A stretch of 63,668 nt of DNA, the filler included, from Sphacelaria rigidula (Eukaryota): the NCBI GenBank assembly GCA_964200075.2. It is 5 parts of 5 records of this genome, joined end to end, with 100 filler letters (N's around TTAATTAATTAA, not from the genome) between each part and the next. Parts side by side here need not be neighbours in the genome. Positions count along the whole stretch, not along the records: positions 25,515 to 38,167 come from CAXNAA020003532.1; positions 38,268 to 50,918 come from CAXNAA020003533.1; 3 more parts are not named here. One strand, given 5' to 3'. Of the stretch, positions 34,918 to 48,233 are shown in pieces. The number at the start of each line of letters is the position of its first letter. The first letter of the stretch is position 1. The position numbers were made by a program, and so were the translations under genes. The notes beneath the pieces were generated by a model. It was not told the DNA's origin and did no database searches. It saw nothing but the letters and a program-made list of their open reading frames with translations.

Positions 34918-35731
34918 ATACCTATGACTAATCCTAAAAGAGGGGGGGGGGCGCCCCCACTGGGCGGGGGGGCCAGAAAAAATGGGCGTGAAGTGTGGCT
35001 GATGTAATGATGAATAAATGGGGTTAAGATGGTACAGGATGGCAGGAAGAGGAATATACCCGAATGTGAGGTGATGTGCACGCATTGCAAACTAAGTGTG
35101 GCGTGGGACTAACAATATTCCGAATGGCGTGCGCCGACGATGGAGGGGGATGGCAGTAAAGGAGAAACGTCGCCGCGGTGTTGTGGGGAGAATCTGTTGT
35201 AATTAATGTGGAGGCCGAAAGCCGGACGCAAGGGAAAACCCAGAGTATGGGAAGAAAACCCTTCGCACAGCAACTGACACTACAGCGGAGAACCATACAA
35301 ATAAGCCATGGCACACAATCTGCATGGAGAAGTTCCCTATGGCAAGAAGCATTTTGTCTACTAGGACATGGCAATCACGATTGCAATCGGAAATTTGCAT
35401 GTAGTGCGTCCCCGTTGGTTTCTTCGCAAATGCCGTGCATCCGAAGCGTGTTGGTGTTGGCAGGAGTCGCTCATAGTGGTGTTGGTGTATTTCGTGCTAC
35501 CGTCTCTCGTGTTGGGTGTTGGGTGCGGCCAAGCTCTCCACCTGTTACGCTCGTTTTTTTCTGGCTGGATACGAGACAAAAAAATTGGTTCAGAATCTGA
35601 CGAGAAATTTCTTACGTAACCGGCACGGCGTTGTACTTTGTGGCAAATGCGAGGTGTTCACTTATGAAAATGCGTCTGACGATCACGTCATAGATATCTA
35701 TATGTCGAAGTGTGGGGTATCAAGGACTCAA

Positions 35732-35827
35732 AGATCATCGTGCATGATGTCTGCTTGGCAGGATGTGCAGGTATGCGACAGATCGTCATGCATGATGTCT
35801 GCGTCGCAGGATGTGTAGCTATGCGGT
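35732..35827. repeat. 48-bp tandem duplication
   Basis: agatcRtcRtgcatgatgtctgc....gcaggatgtg.ag.tatgcg x2. Confidence 0.9.
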
Positions 35828-37242
35828 CTGCAAATTTGTTGCGGACAGGTTGGCCCGCGTGTGTGTCGTGTGTAGTCGGCAGTCTTGACTCACTTCTCTC
35901 TCTTGCACGTTGCGCACAGCATACCGCGAGCTGGAACAAACGTTCCCGACACTACGTGTGCGTCTTGATGACTATAGCAGCGGGATCCTCTCCTTACTCT
36001 AGTTTGGTTGGGTGAAAAAACATCCCGACACACCAGTTCCGCTGAAAAAAATGTACCGCGCGTGCGCGTGTGTGTGTGTGTGTCGCCTTCCACAGCCGTG
36101 CTGGCCTCTCCAGCGCACACTACCCATGGTAGGTGCAGAGTTGAAACGAGCGCAGCCGACGATAACCACTATGCGCGTCTCTTTATTCCTCAGTTGTCTA
36201 CAGCAGTGGGAATTTCTTTCTCGCATACAATGGGCTAAAAGTCAGTCACATGCGACCGTTGCCTCCTTGTGTTTCCTTCGGTACGCATCCTTCACATGTA
36301 CCTCATGACCACACACCCAAATAGCTCACAGCACCACAACCAAGCACCAGGGGGGTGATATGAGTGCTTTTCCTCTCTGTGTCTTGGCTGGGCCTTCATC
36401 GGAGTAGGGTGTACGTGAAAAGGAGTGTGTATGTACGTGCGCAGGGTCCAGAAGGGCAGTGCAAAAACAGATCCGTCCATTCATTTTGCTAGTCAAACGA
36501 CAGACGACCATTCCTGTCTGTAATATATTAACATGATGCATATCACATGATAGCGGAAGCCTCCCGTGAGCAAAACGGAAGCACCAGCTGAAGGAAATTC
36601 GAGAAAAGGAGAAGACGAAGAAGGGGAAAATGGAGTGAAGATGGACAAAAATGAGAGACAAACAAAACAGAACAAATATATGGGAATACAAAGATATAAT
36701 TCATCACATCGATCATGGAGCGTGGTGCATGAAGGGTCTTTGTTGTTCGCATGCGTCGACCCAGGGCCGCCGCGGCGTGTATGGATGGCATAGATTATTT
36801 GAATATCAACAGTGATGTTGCGGCAGGGTTGGTTCTGTACACCGATCGCCCAGTCCCAGCACGAAGTAACCAATGGAAACGCAGGGATCGCAGACAAGTG
36901 CGGGCGTTCGCCGTGAGACAGTCGAGACCGCCAGCAACAGTACTGAGCGCAGGGCTACTACGCGAGATTAGAAGTGAGCCAAGCGTCCTATCGTTTCACC
37001 ACATTTACAACCGCAGCACTTCCTCAGTATCCAGACGTCATTTGTGGCTCTGTGTATCTGCATGAGTCTAAAAACGATCACATGCAATGCGAGGCGCATC
37101 GACAATTAGCACTTAGTCTCCCAAGCTCTTTACTTTAGCCGCAGAAAATGGATAAAAGCTTTTCTTAATCTCCTGCTGATGAGTAACTACATTCGGCACA
37201 AAATCCACAAGGTTTGACCTTTGTCCTAGATTATGTCGGACA

Positions 37243-37496
37243 GGAATGTGACGAAGGCCGCCTGGTGGAAGAGCGAGCGCGTTTTCCCACTGATAGCCCA
37301 ACAACTTTCTTGCCGCGGGCTTGTTATCCCAGCAACCTCGAAGCAGTCAGAGCGTCCATTTGCTCTGGCTGGACTCGCTACAAAAAAGCGCAACGCGCTG
37401 AGGACCGAAAATGCTATGGTTCTGCTATTTCTGCACACCCGGTGGCCCGCATTGACGTCCTGCAAGGCTGCCAATACTAGCAAGGCTGCCTCGTAG
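37243..37496 (+). pseudogene. hAT transposase C-terminal dimerisation-domain fragment. The decayed element probably extends back to about 35040.
   Basis: WWKSERVFPLIA...LVIPATSKQSERPFALAG...KRNALRTE...LLFLH matches the hATC motif. Upstream VDP (36756) and BED-like VMCTHCK (about 35071). Confidence 0.85.
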
Positions 37497-38167
37497 TCAG
37501 TAGGGCGTATGGTGTAAGGATGCACATAACTGCGCCTACGTTTTTGGTTGTAATCTTTGTTATACTATTCATTTTCAGAGTGAAGGTTAGAGAGCCGCAC
37601 ACAGTTGGGTCCGTACCGTTCTGTACTTGACGGATCATGGTTAACGAAGCTCGAACAAGTGGGGTAGATTCGAGATGGGGCACTACATCGGATCGGGCAT
37701 CTAATAACTACATTTTGTAGCGCGCAGCGCATGTTTTATTTTATTCTGCGGGTGTTGAGTGCCCAGTTGTACCGGGTGAACTTGACGTAAATATAGCGTA
37801 TGCCCAAGTGGTGACAGACAACAGATTGTGTTTTGCGATATCACAATATAATATGTTATGCGATATCTATCGTTGTAATATCGATGCTTTCCTTGGATGC
37901 TTTCTTTGTTGCGGCGGATCAAGTCACTAAACAATAACCCATGTTGCCAAATCGTGTCGCGCCCTCGCGCTATTTTCTGTCATTTGTTTCTGTGGCGTTT
38001 TCAGACATTCTTGACGAGAACACGCATGGAGCGTTCACGGTGCATTTTCTCTCTCCTTTTTCTGATGACTCAAGTGACAAAGGAGTCATCCTACGATAGG
38101 GTGTACTCGTGATCATGCATGCCATAGTCATCAGACCATTGACCTCGCATCCCTACAAAGCCGGGAC

Positions 38168-38267
38168 NNNNNNNNNNNNNNNNNNNNNNNNNNNNNNNNN
38201 NNNNNNNNNNNTTAATTAATTAANNNNNNNNNNNNNNNNNNNNNNNNNNNNNNNNNNNNNNNNNNNN
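38168..38267. other. Artificial contig linker
   Basis: N44-TTAATTAATTAA-N44. Confidence 0.99.
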
Positions 38268-38320
38268 GTCTCGAAAGGGGTGCGTGGTCAATGGTCACAC
38301 GACTAAGGCAAGCAACAAAT

Positions 38321-38557
38321 GAGTACGCCCCCCCCCCTCCCCACACCAGCCCAAAACTGTCACGGAGAAAAAGCTCATAACGCGCCTGGTGTTTGGTTCC
38401 AGGCTGCACGAAGCGCCTCATATGGGTGACATTTGTCGAAATAAACCCAAGCGTAGAAATTTCCAGCTGGTCGTTGTGCTCGGCATTTTGTATTTACGTG
38501 TAGATTTACCTCTCCAAACTAGCCACTTCTTTGGGGGGTGCTATCGTAGAAAGTGTC
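38321..38557 (-). mobile_element. MITE, same family as 62895-63147
   Basis: Reverse complement aligns along its length; end ggggggtgctatcgtagaaagtgtc. Confidence 0.8.
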
Positions 38558-39255
38558 AATATTCTGCAGACGAGGATGCTTGATGAGGGAAACTCGAGAA
38601 AGGAAAAAAATAGGAAAGAAGGGGGGGGGGGACAAACGAAGTGGAACCGAAAACAGAAAAGAGTAGGAGAACGAGCACGAAGACATCATTCAACAAAGAG
38701 GGTGGACGGTAAAGGAAAGGAAAATACGATGAAAATTCCAGGCCAAATGAACTGACGAAATAGGGGGAAAATCAAAAACAAAAACAGCTCGACCATCCTG
38801 CGGGGCAACAGTACCGATCTGATGGTCGACGACAAAGTGCACGGTATGCGTCGGCGGAGAGATGGAATGACCTCGCCGAATGGTCACATTTGCTTTTTCT
38901 GCAACACATGGGACCCCCCCCTCCCTCTCCGCTGCCACCTACCCGAAGCCCTGACAGGGGCTTGTCGGGTTTGTTCTCAAGATCGGTGCTAGTTCTTAGC
39001 CTGGCGTCTGTGTCCGTTTGCCCTCTTTTGCTTTTCCGTCCTTCTTTCTCACGGTGATCCCTTCCTCCTCGAGGTTTCTCTAGCGAGTTCCGTCTCTTTC
39101 TTGGGTACGTGTGTCCTGTGATCTCGGCTAAATTCGTAGCCGGTCATCTATCAGCCGATGTGCGACAATCGATCGAATAAATCCCTCAATCGATCAAATC
39201 AATCATGGGACCGCACTGTAGTGGGATCGCACCGTAGTGGGACCACGAGTGTCGA

Positions 39256-39450
39256 CTGGGCTGCTGCTCCTCAATAACACTTCACTGCTGCTCCCAAACA
39301 ACGTTGGGCGACTGGTCCCAAATTACACTGGGCAACTTCTCCCAAATAATGCTGGGATACCACTCCCAGAATAAAAACTGGGTTTCTGAACCCAACTAAC
39401 GCTGGGCCACTGCTCGCAACTAACGCGGGGGTACTGCTCCCAAATAACAC
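39256..39450 (+). repeat. 24-bp minisatellite x8 (consensus ctgggccactgctcccaaataaca)
   Basis: Eight units, one of them 26 bp; reads xGxLLPNN octapeptides. Confidence 0.9.
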
Positions 39451-40068
39451 GCTGCCGTAGCCACCTCTCAGGGTGATGCGATCGTCCTTATGCAGAACCG
39501 GTTCGCTGGTGAGCACCAGGTCAGTCAGACACTCGGGCTGCAGTTTTTCGGCAAGATAAGTATGAGGGCCGAAGAAAACGGGCACATCAATTGGCCCCGG
39601 GTCAATTCCTCGCAACCAGACGCAGGGCTCTCATATTTTCGGTTGAAGTTACGAAACACGGGCTGAACGCAGTCCGAAAAAACGCTATTCCTCGCTAGCG
39701 GGCAGGTTCTGTTTGGAAGATCGAACTCGTTTTCTAAGTCAGCTCGCCATCGAGGGTCTCTTGTACCGACATCTTCGTGGGCGTCCGTCGATGCGAAGGG
39801 CATGTTTACAGAAGGAGAGGAATAATGGCAATTGCATCAATTTTCATGCGTGGCTTTATCTGTCGATAAGTGTAGCGTGGTGTGGCTGCTGCCAGACCCA
39901 TCGTGTGTGTTGTGTTCCCAACCGTGGTCTACTGTCTCTTATTTTTCGAAAAAATGTGCAAATAGAAGAGGACATTGCGCCGTTGATGTAGTTTGAGTAG
40001 GTACTTTCTTCACTTTGTCAAAATTGTCGTACAACAAAGAGAGCCACTACCGTGTACTATTGCACGCA

Positions 40069-40444
40069 GGCACTGCCACTATCAACGAGCACTGCAGCGC
40101 AGCGTCTGCCGTACACTGCAGCAAAAGAAGCACGTAAGCGTGTCTACGTCCGGCAGTGTTTGAATCGTCTACAAGTCTTCCGACGAAGTCAATCTTACTG
40201 GTATACATGTCAGAACTGTGTCGTTGATCACGTGACATGTTCCGAAGGAGAGACACCACGCCAAAGTTACAGGCCATACCGATGGCGAGATTTCAATTTT
40301 GAACTCGTCGAAGCCGCCCTGCCCGCCGATTTCTTGGCATCTCCTTATCAAGCCGTGTGGCATATGCCGTCAGGTCGAGCAGTTACGACGCCGACTGTTC
40401 AGGGAGCGACCAGCTTCCCCATTGACCCAGTGAGCGCTCACTAG
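40069..40444 (+). CDS. Probable terminal exon of an uncharacterised gene; possible upstream exons at about 39495-39560 and 39720-39777
   Basis: gcacgcag acceptor, then an open frame ALPLS...YWYTCQNCVVDHVTC...SAH*. Confidence 0.4.
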
Positions 40445-40775
40445 TTCAATGAGGAAACTGATCGCTTCATGAACAGCCGGCCCGGTTGCGACCTTCTTGC
40501 CGTTGCATGTCAACAATACCCGTGTTTTCTGATTCATTGAGTGCATAGAGCATAGCCATAGAAGTAGTCTCGAGAGGGGCGAGACGCCGCAGGTCGTCGG
40601 CGTACGGTACAGAAGGCACGGCCATGTAGTATCAGCACACGGTACAAAACATGTCACACGAGGAAAAAGTAAGTAAAATCCACATCAAAAACAAGAAACC
40701 GGTGAAGCAATACTTGCAGGTTGCCTGGCAACTCTGTTATTATCGTTTCGGACGGCAAGCGGGTGGTCATAGTTT

Positions 40776-40945
40776 CACACCCTGGACAATATATGGTCAA
40801 TAGATGCAATAGACGAGAAGAGTACTGCATAAAGTATCGGCCTATTGCAATTATTGCCGGCCGACAATAGTCACAATAGGCTTATATTTTATGCAGTACG
40901 TTTATTATCTATTGCAACTATTCACCATATATTGTCCAAGGTGTG
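40776..40945. mobile_element. 170-bp hairpin MITE with CACACC termini and an 8-bp TSD-like flank
   Basis: Nearly full-length inverted repeat; flanks catagttt/aatagttt. Confidence 0.85.
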
Positions 40946-41290
40946 AATAGTTTACAGTATATCTCTGAAAAGTAGGCAGGAAGGATCAACCTTAGGAGTC
41001 GAACATCGTCAACCTTGGTTGCTCCATTTCTCCCGTGAATGGCAGAGCAAAGTCGTTTCATACCTCGGCAAAGACATCCTGATACGACAGCTGCGCTTCC
41101 TCTCCTCCGTCTCAAACTCGAGTATCTCTGCGCCCAGTCGAGGGAACTCATCATCATTATTCTTTCGCAAAGTGCGCTCTCGCCACTGGGGTTGAACACT
41201 CGGCCGAAAATACTTCTACTTCATACTGTTTCCCGGCACCCGCTGCATGTACCGTAAGAGTGCAATTATTCCAAACAAGGGAACAATTGT

Positions 41291-44200
41291 CTACGCAATT
41301 GACGTACGAGAGTCACGACGGCGAAAACGCAGATATCGGTCGAAACTGTCAGTACTTTCGGTTCCTTCGGGGTTCCCAGTCAACGCGGCAACCGTAACGC
41401 CCAGGTTCGATATCTCCCGCCGCGCCTCCACGAGCTCAACCTTCACCCGGGTTAGCTCGTCTCTAGTCGCTTGAGCGCTACCTTGGACATTATCCGTTTC
41501 CTCCATGTTGGGTGGATTCACCACATTGTCCACGTGGTCGAAATGCCGTTGACATGTTACCGTTCGCGCCGCCGCCGCCACCGCCGGTAGTGCGATAAAC
41601 ATTTTATTTCCAACGTCTGACGGCACCGATTTTGACCCCCGAGGTGACTTTGGTGCTGCCACGGCCGCATCCTCCGATTTTTCGCCGGGCCCCGAGTAGT
41701 CTCTCGACGATCTGTTTGAATTTCCGAAGAGTAAGCTCTCCGGGTCTACGTCCCTGAAAGTGGCGTCAAAGCCTTCCTTTGCCTTCCTGCTCGCCCCTGT
41801 AGAATGATGTCCAGGTACCGGAAGCGTAAGGAGTCGGCTGAGTCGATCGGCTACTGCGTCCACTTGGGCCGCGACATTGTTATTTCGAATCAAACGGCCG
41901 CCTTCGTTTTCCCCCGTGGCGGTGACGTGAGCAGGTTTGAGGCTCCGCGGCGATGAAGGATCAGAGGGGCTGTGGACGGACCGAGGGAGGGGCGTGGTCA
42001 TCGGTCCAGCTGATGGTGACGTTGACATGCCATCATCCTCGCCATTTGCATGGTGATGAAGTATCGAAAACTGCTTCATCGCTCCTCGCCTATTTTTTCT
42101 CCCCGCATCATCGACCCTTTCGACGCGTTTCTCCTCCACCGTACTCGTGTAGCGTATTGGTGCCGTCGTAACATCATATTTATTTTTGATGCAATGCTGC
42201 AAATTCAGTGGAAAACGTCGAATGTGAGGGTGAACGGATTACATCGGACGAGGAAGAGACGTGGAGGCGCAGGGCGGCACAGCCTATGGTAGAAGACAGG
42301 TGCCTGTAGATGGATTTCTAAAGTGCAGTGACAGGAGTATCTTCTTCGAAACGCTCAACTCTTGTCTCACGTTACGCACGCACGACTCTCAGCGGTTAAG
42401 TTCGATTCTGCTCTGAATACAAGATTTCTATCTTATATGACGCATGGCAAAAACCTTAACCAAACATGGAGCACAGCGTGTATTCACGTGCACATCGAAA
42501 TTGGGCCCGATCTCTGTGTTTTCATTGAATCTCAGTCAGCAACCAACGCTGTCAAGCCGGATTCGATCCATTTCGACTTGTAAAATACTTCCCTCACCTC
42601 ATTTTTTTCTTCGGTAGCACCCACGATACCGTCGTTGGTTACATCTAAGATATGGTGTCCCCAGCTTCTACTCCGCATGGGTTTTACTGCCTCTGGCGAA
42701 CGCATGGCATGAATAGTTGAGACGGCGGCATTCTTTACTTCTTCCCGGACGCTTTTTTCGAGCCTAGCGCTGGTCCTCGCTGCCTCTGTATCCGCTGCGC
42801 CAACTAATGACGATACTTCGTTGCACCAAGCTAGCCCACATCTTTTCTCAGCATCCCGCCGATGCTCCATACATGCAACGTTTCCGAAGCAGTCAGGACT
42901 GCCGACTACTGATGACTTCACCTTCAGTGTAGTTGTCGGCTTGGTAACTTCCGCGCGGATGTGCGACGGGTATCTGACGACCTCGTTGATATCGTCGCTG
43001 TTGGTGCAGCTAGTTGTCGAGATGATGGGCTCGGGGGGATCGTGTCCCGGCGCAAGAGAAGGCCGTTGACCCGCACCATGATCTGGCTCTTCGATAACGG
43101 CATCACTCAAACGGCGGAGAGTCTGTTCGATCAATCCTCTCTCAAGCAGGGGCTCTATGTCTTGGATCAAACCGTGCCAGTCGACCGTTTGACCACAGGC
43201 AGCACCCAGACCTTCAGAATTGGACGGAGATACCGATGCTCTAGGGCGCTGCGATATGTCCACACCCGACACGCCTTCGTACACCGCTGCAGTTGTTGTT
43301 GATCGCAGCGTGTTGTCCTCCGTGCTATCGAACATCGTGTCCCTCAGGCACGCTGCACCGGTCATCCCTCTCTGTTCAATACCCTCTTCCGCGAAACGTG
43401 ACGTTGTGCTACTTACTTTGTCCTGGTGCTTATCTTGCTGAAAACTCTTCACGTCATCCAGGAACTGCTTTTGTGACGGTTTCGGCGCATGCATCGCAGT
43501 CCTCTCTGGGATTCTCTCAGGCATTGTTCGGCGGACACCCCGTGCATGTTGCTGCCGATCATGCATTCCGGTTTCGAGAGGAGTGCACCCACCATGACTC
43601 ATGACCGCCCGCACGGCACATACTAGCTGACGGGCAATGGCTTCCTCCGCGTCACAATGACCTTCCCCCCTGTTTCGAACGTCGTCGTTTTCCATTAGTG
43701 GAATGGAGGCATCTTCCCTTCTTTCTTGTCTTCTGCACTTGCTTGGATCACTGCAGCAGAACCCTCTCGCTGCTCGGATAGCCGGTGACGATAACGCCTC
43801 GCCCGCGACGGCACAAGCGTCATCGTTTCTGTCGCACTCACAACCGTCCCCGCCAGAATGTTGTCCTTCTAATGGATTTTCCTTCCCCGATCCACTGATC
43901 CGGGTAGATGTCCGCCCTTTAACACGTCTAGCGTCGGCGCTACTCTTTGGTTGTGGTTCCCTGCGCTGATTTCCATTCCTCTTCGATTTATCCCGCCCGC
44001 CGTCAACGCTGTCTGCGAAGCGTCCGCCCTGAAACGGCGACAGTACCCTCGCGATTGATCGCGCTGCGTTCTCCTTGCACCTTGAGGACGTTTCCCAGGC
44101 ATGACTTCCTTCCAAGTCACTGAGCGAAGAGGCGTCGTTTCCGTGTGTCTCGAGAGTCGACCGACAGCTGTCGGTACTAGAGCATGTCTCGCTGGGACAG

Positions 44201-47192
44201 ACGAAGGTCAACAACCGTCGGATGCTTGGATCCTCAAATGACCCTGAGATCGTGTTACTCGCTGTGCGTCGTCTTCCACGCCTTTTTCGATCATGGGAGT
44301 TATCACGGATGTGGTGGTGCGCCCGGGTAACCTTCCGCTGCTGTTCATGACCATGCACGGAAGGGACACGAAATCGGGAATTGGCGTGTGTACGGAACAG
44401 AAATCCCGCACGCATGCCACAACACGTCGCCTTACCAGCGCAACATTGCAAGGTGATTTCTCAGTATTTTTGATACCGGTCCTTCAATCTTCTGGTGTGT
44501 CTATCCCGGTCCGGATGCCGTGCTAATACGGTTGAAACAAAAGTAGCCCTGTCGAAATCGATTGCTGCTTTGCCAGACCATCAACTTTCCGAGTCGCGTA
44601 TCGCAGCAATGGTCAAACCGAGACCTTCGTTTGTCTGTCGTTTTATCATGCGCCGGTCTATGGTCTGCGAGTACAACAAAGAATCGGGTGGAAAGCTGTT
44701 ACGTGAGAAGAAGGTCGAGACATACGTGCGTTTCTCCCAACTTGTCCAACTTTCCCGACTTAAAACCAAAATCTACATCCGGCTGCGAAGGAAACCTCGG
44801 GGAAGAGCCGAATGCTGTGATCCTTCCTGAAGTGGTTCCTCAGCCACTTCGACAAGCGCTCGCTGCCTGCTGCCGTCCTCTGTGATCGTCGTCTCAACAT
44901 AGTGGGCCGATGTCAGGAATCACACGAAGATTTTCGGGCATGAAGAACTACTAGAGGAAGATGCGGATCAGATTCAAAGTTCCACATTACCATTTTTGGG
45001 ACAAAGTTGCATATTTTCACCGGTATTCACGAGGTGGGATCGGAATTTTGTTCCTTCGAAAAAAAACACTCATGGCTGCCATTCCCGATTTCTGAATCCC
45101 AACTTCCAACCCCTGGAGGAAATTCATATTTTAACAGGGCGTTGTACACGTATACCTATATTCGACTTTCTGTCTTTTTTTTTTCAACTCCCGGTGGCAC
45201 GCATGATTATACTGCGAACGTATTCAGCCCGATAAGTACCTTCAGTCTTTCCACGGCATTCAAGTTGAGCGCATGCACTTCAGTCAAGGTCGTGGCTAAG
45301 GCCTCGCTGTCGTTCATTGAAGCTGAAACGGCCTGCTCCGTCGCCAACGCACGGTCGGCGTTTACATTCCTGACCTGGCATGCACGTGATGTGACGACGA
45401 CAAACACATGGCACTGTATTCAAGGTAGTATTTTCAGTAGTGCCCTACTCTCAATTGGCTTAGTGAAGGTTTTCATCTTGAAAACGTGTGGGCACTTCCT
45501 GAAACGTGTTAACCTTGCTGAAGGTATGGATACGCCGCCCACATTCCCCTGTCGAACGGCTACGTGAAGGGTGAACATTTTCCCTAGCCTCAAACAGACT
45601 GCAGTGCAGTATTCGCTTTTGCAAACAACCATGAGTCAGTGTCTGGGGGTAGGCGCCTGGAGGCTGAACAAACCGTCGCGTTCAATGCCTCACTGCCTTG
45701 TTGACTGTGGCGTGGGAAGGCAACCGCTTGTCGACGACAAAATAATCAGGTCTTGCTTGGGGACATATACGTTTCAACCGTTAGCGAGGGTGTGATTCCA
45801 GGACATAACGTACCTTTGATCGACGGTAGGAGCGAGCCGTGTTGCTTCCTCTTTTCGACTTGTTGACACCCCGGGGGCTAGATGGATAGGTGTAGCTGGG
45901 ACCGTCATCAATTTCTGTTCGCGCTAACCGTGCTTGTTGGGCATGGTCGCGATGGTCATTCTTGCTGCGAGGTTTCCGCCGCTGAGAGTGCTTGATAATG
46001 GCACAGGCTCCGCTCGTCCCGGCTGTGCTTTGTGGTCGCTGGATTTTTTTCGTGTTGAAAGTATCACAAGTGAGCGCGCAGTTGACGATATGTACGGAAT
46101 GTAGATGTAGCAAAATGTGTTGTACCATGCGTACCCCCTCCCCAGTGCTCGCTGGGCGGTAAGGTATGCTGATGGGAGGGTATACGCTGGTTGTTTGTGA
46201 GCACATGCGACAGTAACCAAAGCTTGTGGGTGTCAGAGGGCGACATGCGTTGGAGATGATTTCGAGGAAAGCCTTGGTCTTGCTTACCTTTCCGTTCTCG
46301 TCCTTTGCGTCAACGTCCGCCCCTGCGTCTATCAACAACCTGGCCACCTCACAGTTTCCAGCATAGTGGAGGGGTATCCTGTGTTGTAGACGTGGAACCA
46401 AACATAGATGAATGAGAGCTACTCAGAAGGGTTATCATTTCGACTATATGAACCGAAGGCCGACGACTGCCATCCGTTCTTCTCTTACTGCTTAAGTATC
46501 CAACGTTTCGGGCCATCTTTCACCTCCCGCGACTGTCCTCAGAATCAACGTCCGCTCCCCAACGCAGCAGAAGCGACGCTAGCCGAGGCGATCCAGCTCG
46601 AGATGCTTCGTGAAGAGGGTAGCTTCCATTCGGTCCCTCGAGGTTCACTACTAGCATAAAATAACAGAACCGTGGTTATACCTAGCGAATGATTACGTGG
46701 AGCACTTCGGTCAGCTTACACATGACAATAGTGGAGCGACGCAGAACAGTGTGGCCAGCGATGTAACGAATGGCTGCACACACGCAATGCTCCGCACATC
46801 CCACTGGCTACAAAATTACAGAAGAATAGTAACTCCACAGTAACTTCCCCGAGGAAGTACCGACCCAGTGATCACGTCCGTCCTCGCAACGTCGCCCTGT
46901 GAACGAATTTTGACGGCCTACCGTGGAGACTCTTTTGAGATCAAATGATCTGTCATTGCTGTTCCCTGATGCGTACTTAGACTACATGGGTAGTGGCATC
47001 GCCACCATATATACTGTTCAGCTTGTTGTACGCATGCCGGCTTAATTCTGCGCTTCAGTGACACTGGGTCGCCACGTCTATACACACGAAGTTATTACTG
47101 TATCTCAAGGTTTCCCACTCTAACTCGCCATTAGCGCCTGCCTCGAGAAGCATGCCGGCCACGGTTAGGCGCGATGCTCGAGCGGCCCGATG
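41291..47192 (-). CDS. Ankyrin-repeat protein with a long disordered, coiled-coil C-terminus. Exons 47192-47129, 46647-46524, 46378-46288, 46038-45814, 45374-45240, ..., about 44340-42598, about 42150-41291; 5' exons further upstream.
   Basis: Spliced HRAARASRLTVAGMLLEAGANV|NLEGPNGSYPLHEASRAG...LLRWGADVDSEDSRGR|IPLHYAGNCEVARLLIDAGADVDAKDENGK gives three ankyrin repeats with consistent phases. 639-aa and 303-aa ORFs lie downstream; linkage across 44.3-45.2 kb is unresolved. Confidence 0.8.
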
Positions 47193-48233
47193 CTGCGAGT
47201 AACTCAATCAAGCGGATCGGCGAAGGAACGTCAACACGACTATCCGTGAGAACAAAAGCGGTCATAAGGATAAAACACAACAGTCTGTTTGGAGTACTCC
47301 TGAAAACATTTCGTTCCGGTACGAGATATTGTACGGTTGAACAACGCAGACAGGATGAGGTAGTAGCAGCGGCAGCCTGCCCGGCCTGACTCCCATCCCC
47401 CCTCCCCCCCCTTCACTATACTGAAGCTGCAAATACGTACCAAAGTACTCGAAGCTTCAATGGAACTGCTCTGTTATGGTGGGTGCCAGCTCCATCGACA
47501 CAAACTGCTGATGGGGTCCTTGCTTCAGATATGTTTCTTCTTCTGTACTGTGCCGTACTGAACTGCATCGTACTATATTCATCAAGTATTACAATGTTAC
47601 GCTGGTTTTCTGACCATGAGGATGCCTCCTACTACAGTACTCCTCGGCCCAGTACTCACACAATGCGTCGTTAATACGCACCAGAAGCATGCCGACACCG
47701 GCTCATATGGGGCGGGATAGACGCAGTATAACCTCGTTCGCCCCTCCCCGCCTTTTCCTGTACCCTTTCATCAAGAAACTCTGTCACTGCCATCAAACTC
47801 TTCACACCGCCCGGGTCAACTACAGCCGCGGATCCGAGGTGTATCTTTCTTCGGATCTGTGGCTCGTGGATCCTGTTTGCTGGGTACTGTATGTACAAAC
47901 AGTCTACAACACTATATGTGTTGTGGGTGGATACAATGAGTTTCCCGCCAATGACGAACAGCGAAGGGTTAGGTCGGAGCAGATCTGGCACTGTTGTTGG
48001 TTCTCTGAAATTCGGGATCGGGGGACTAGCGCACGTAGACAGAGTGTAGGGTTGGAAGTTGCTGCTATGCAGCCTGCAAGTATACACACAACAACACAGG
48101 AGACAACACAAAATGGGCCCACGGACCGCCGAGCCGTTACAAGGGAGACTTCGAGTAGGCGTTTTATTATTCTGAAATTCAAATTACTTGACCGCTAACC
48201 GTCCGGGGTGGTTTACTCCCTCTCTGTGCACAG

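Noticed and set aside
34474..34927. His/Asp/Ile-rich ORFs
   Set aside because: Translations of the ATGGATATCCAT array.
39256..39450. CRISPR-like array
   Set aside because: Units are contiguous with no unique spacers, no cas genes are present, and the context is eukaryotic.
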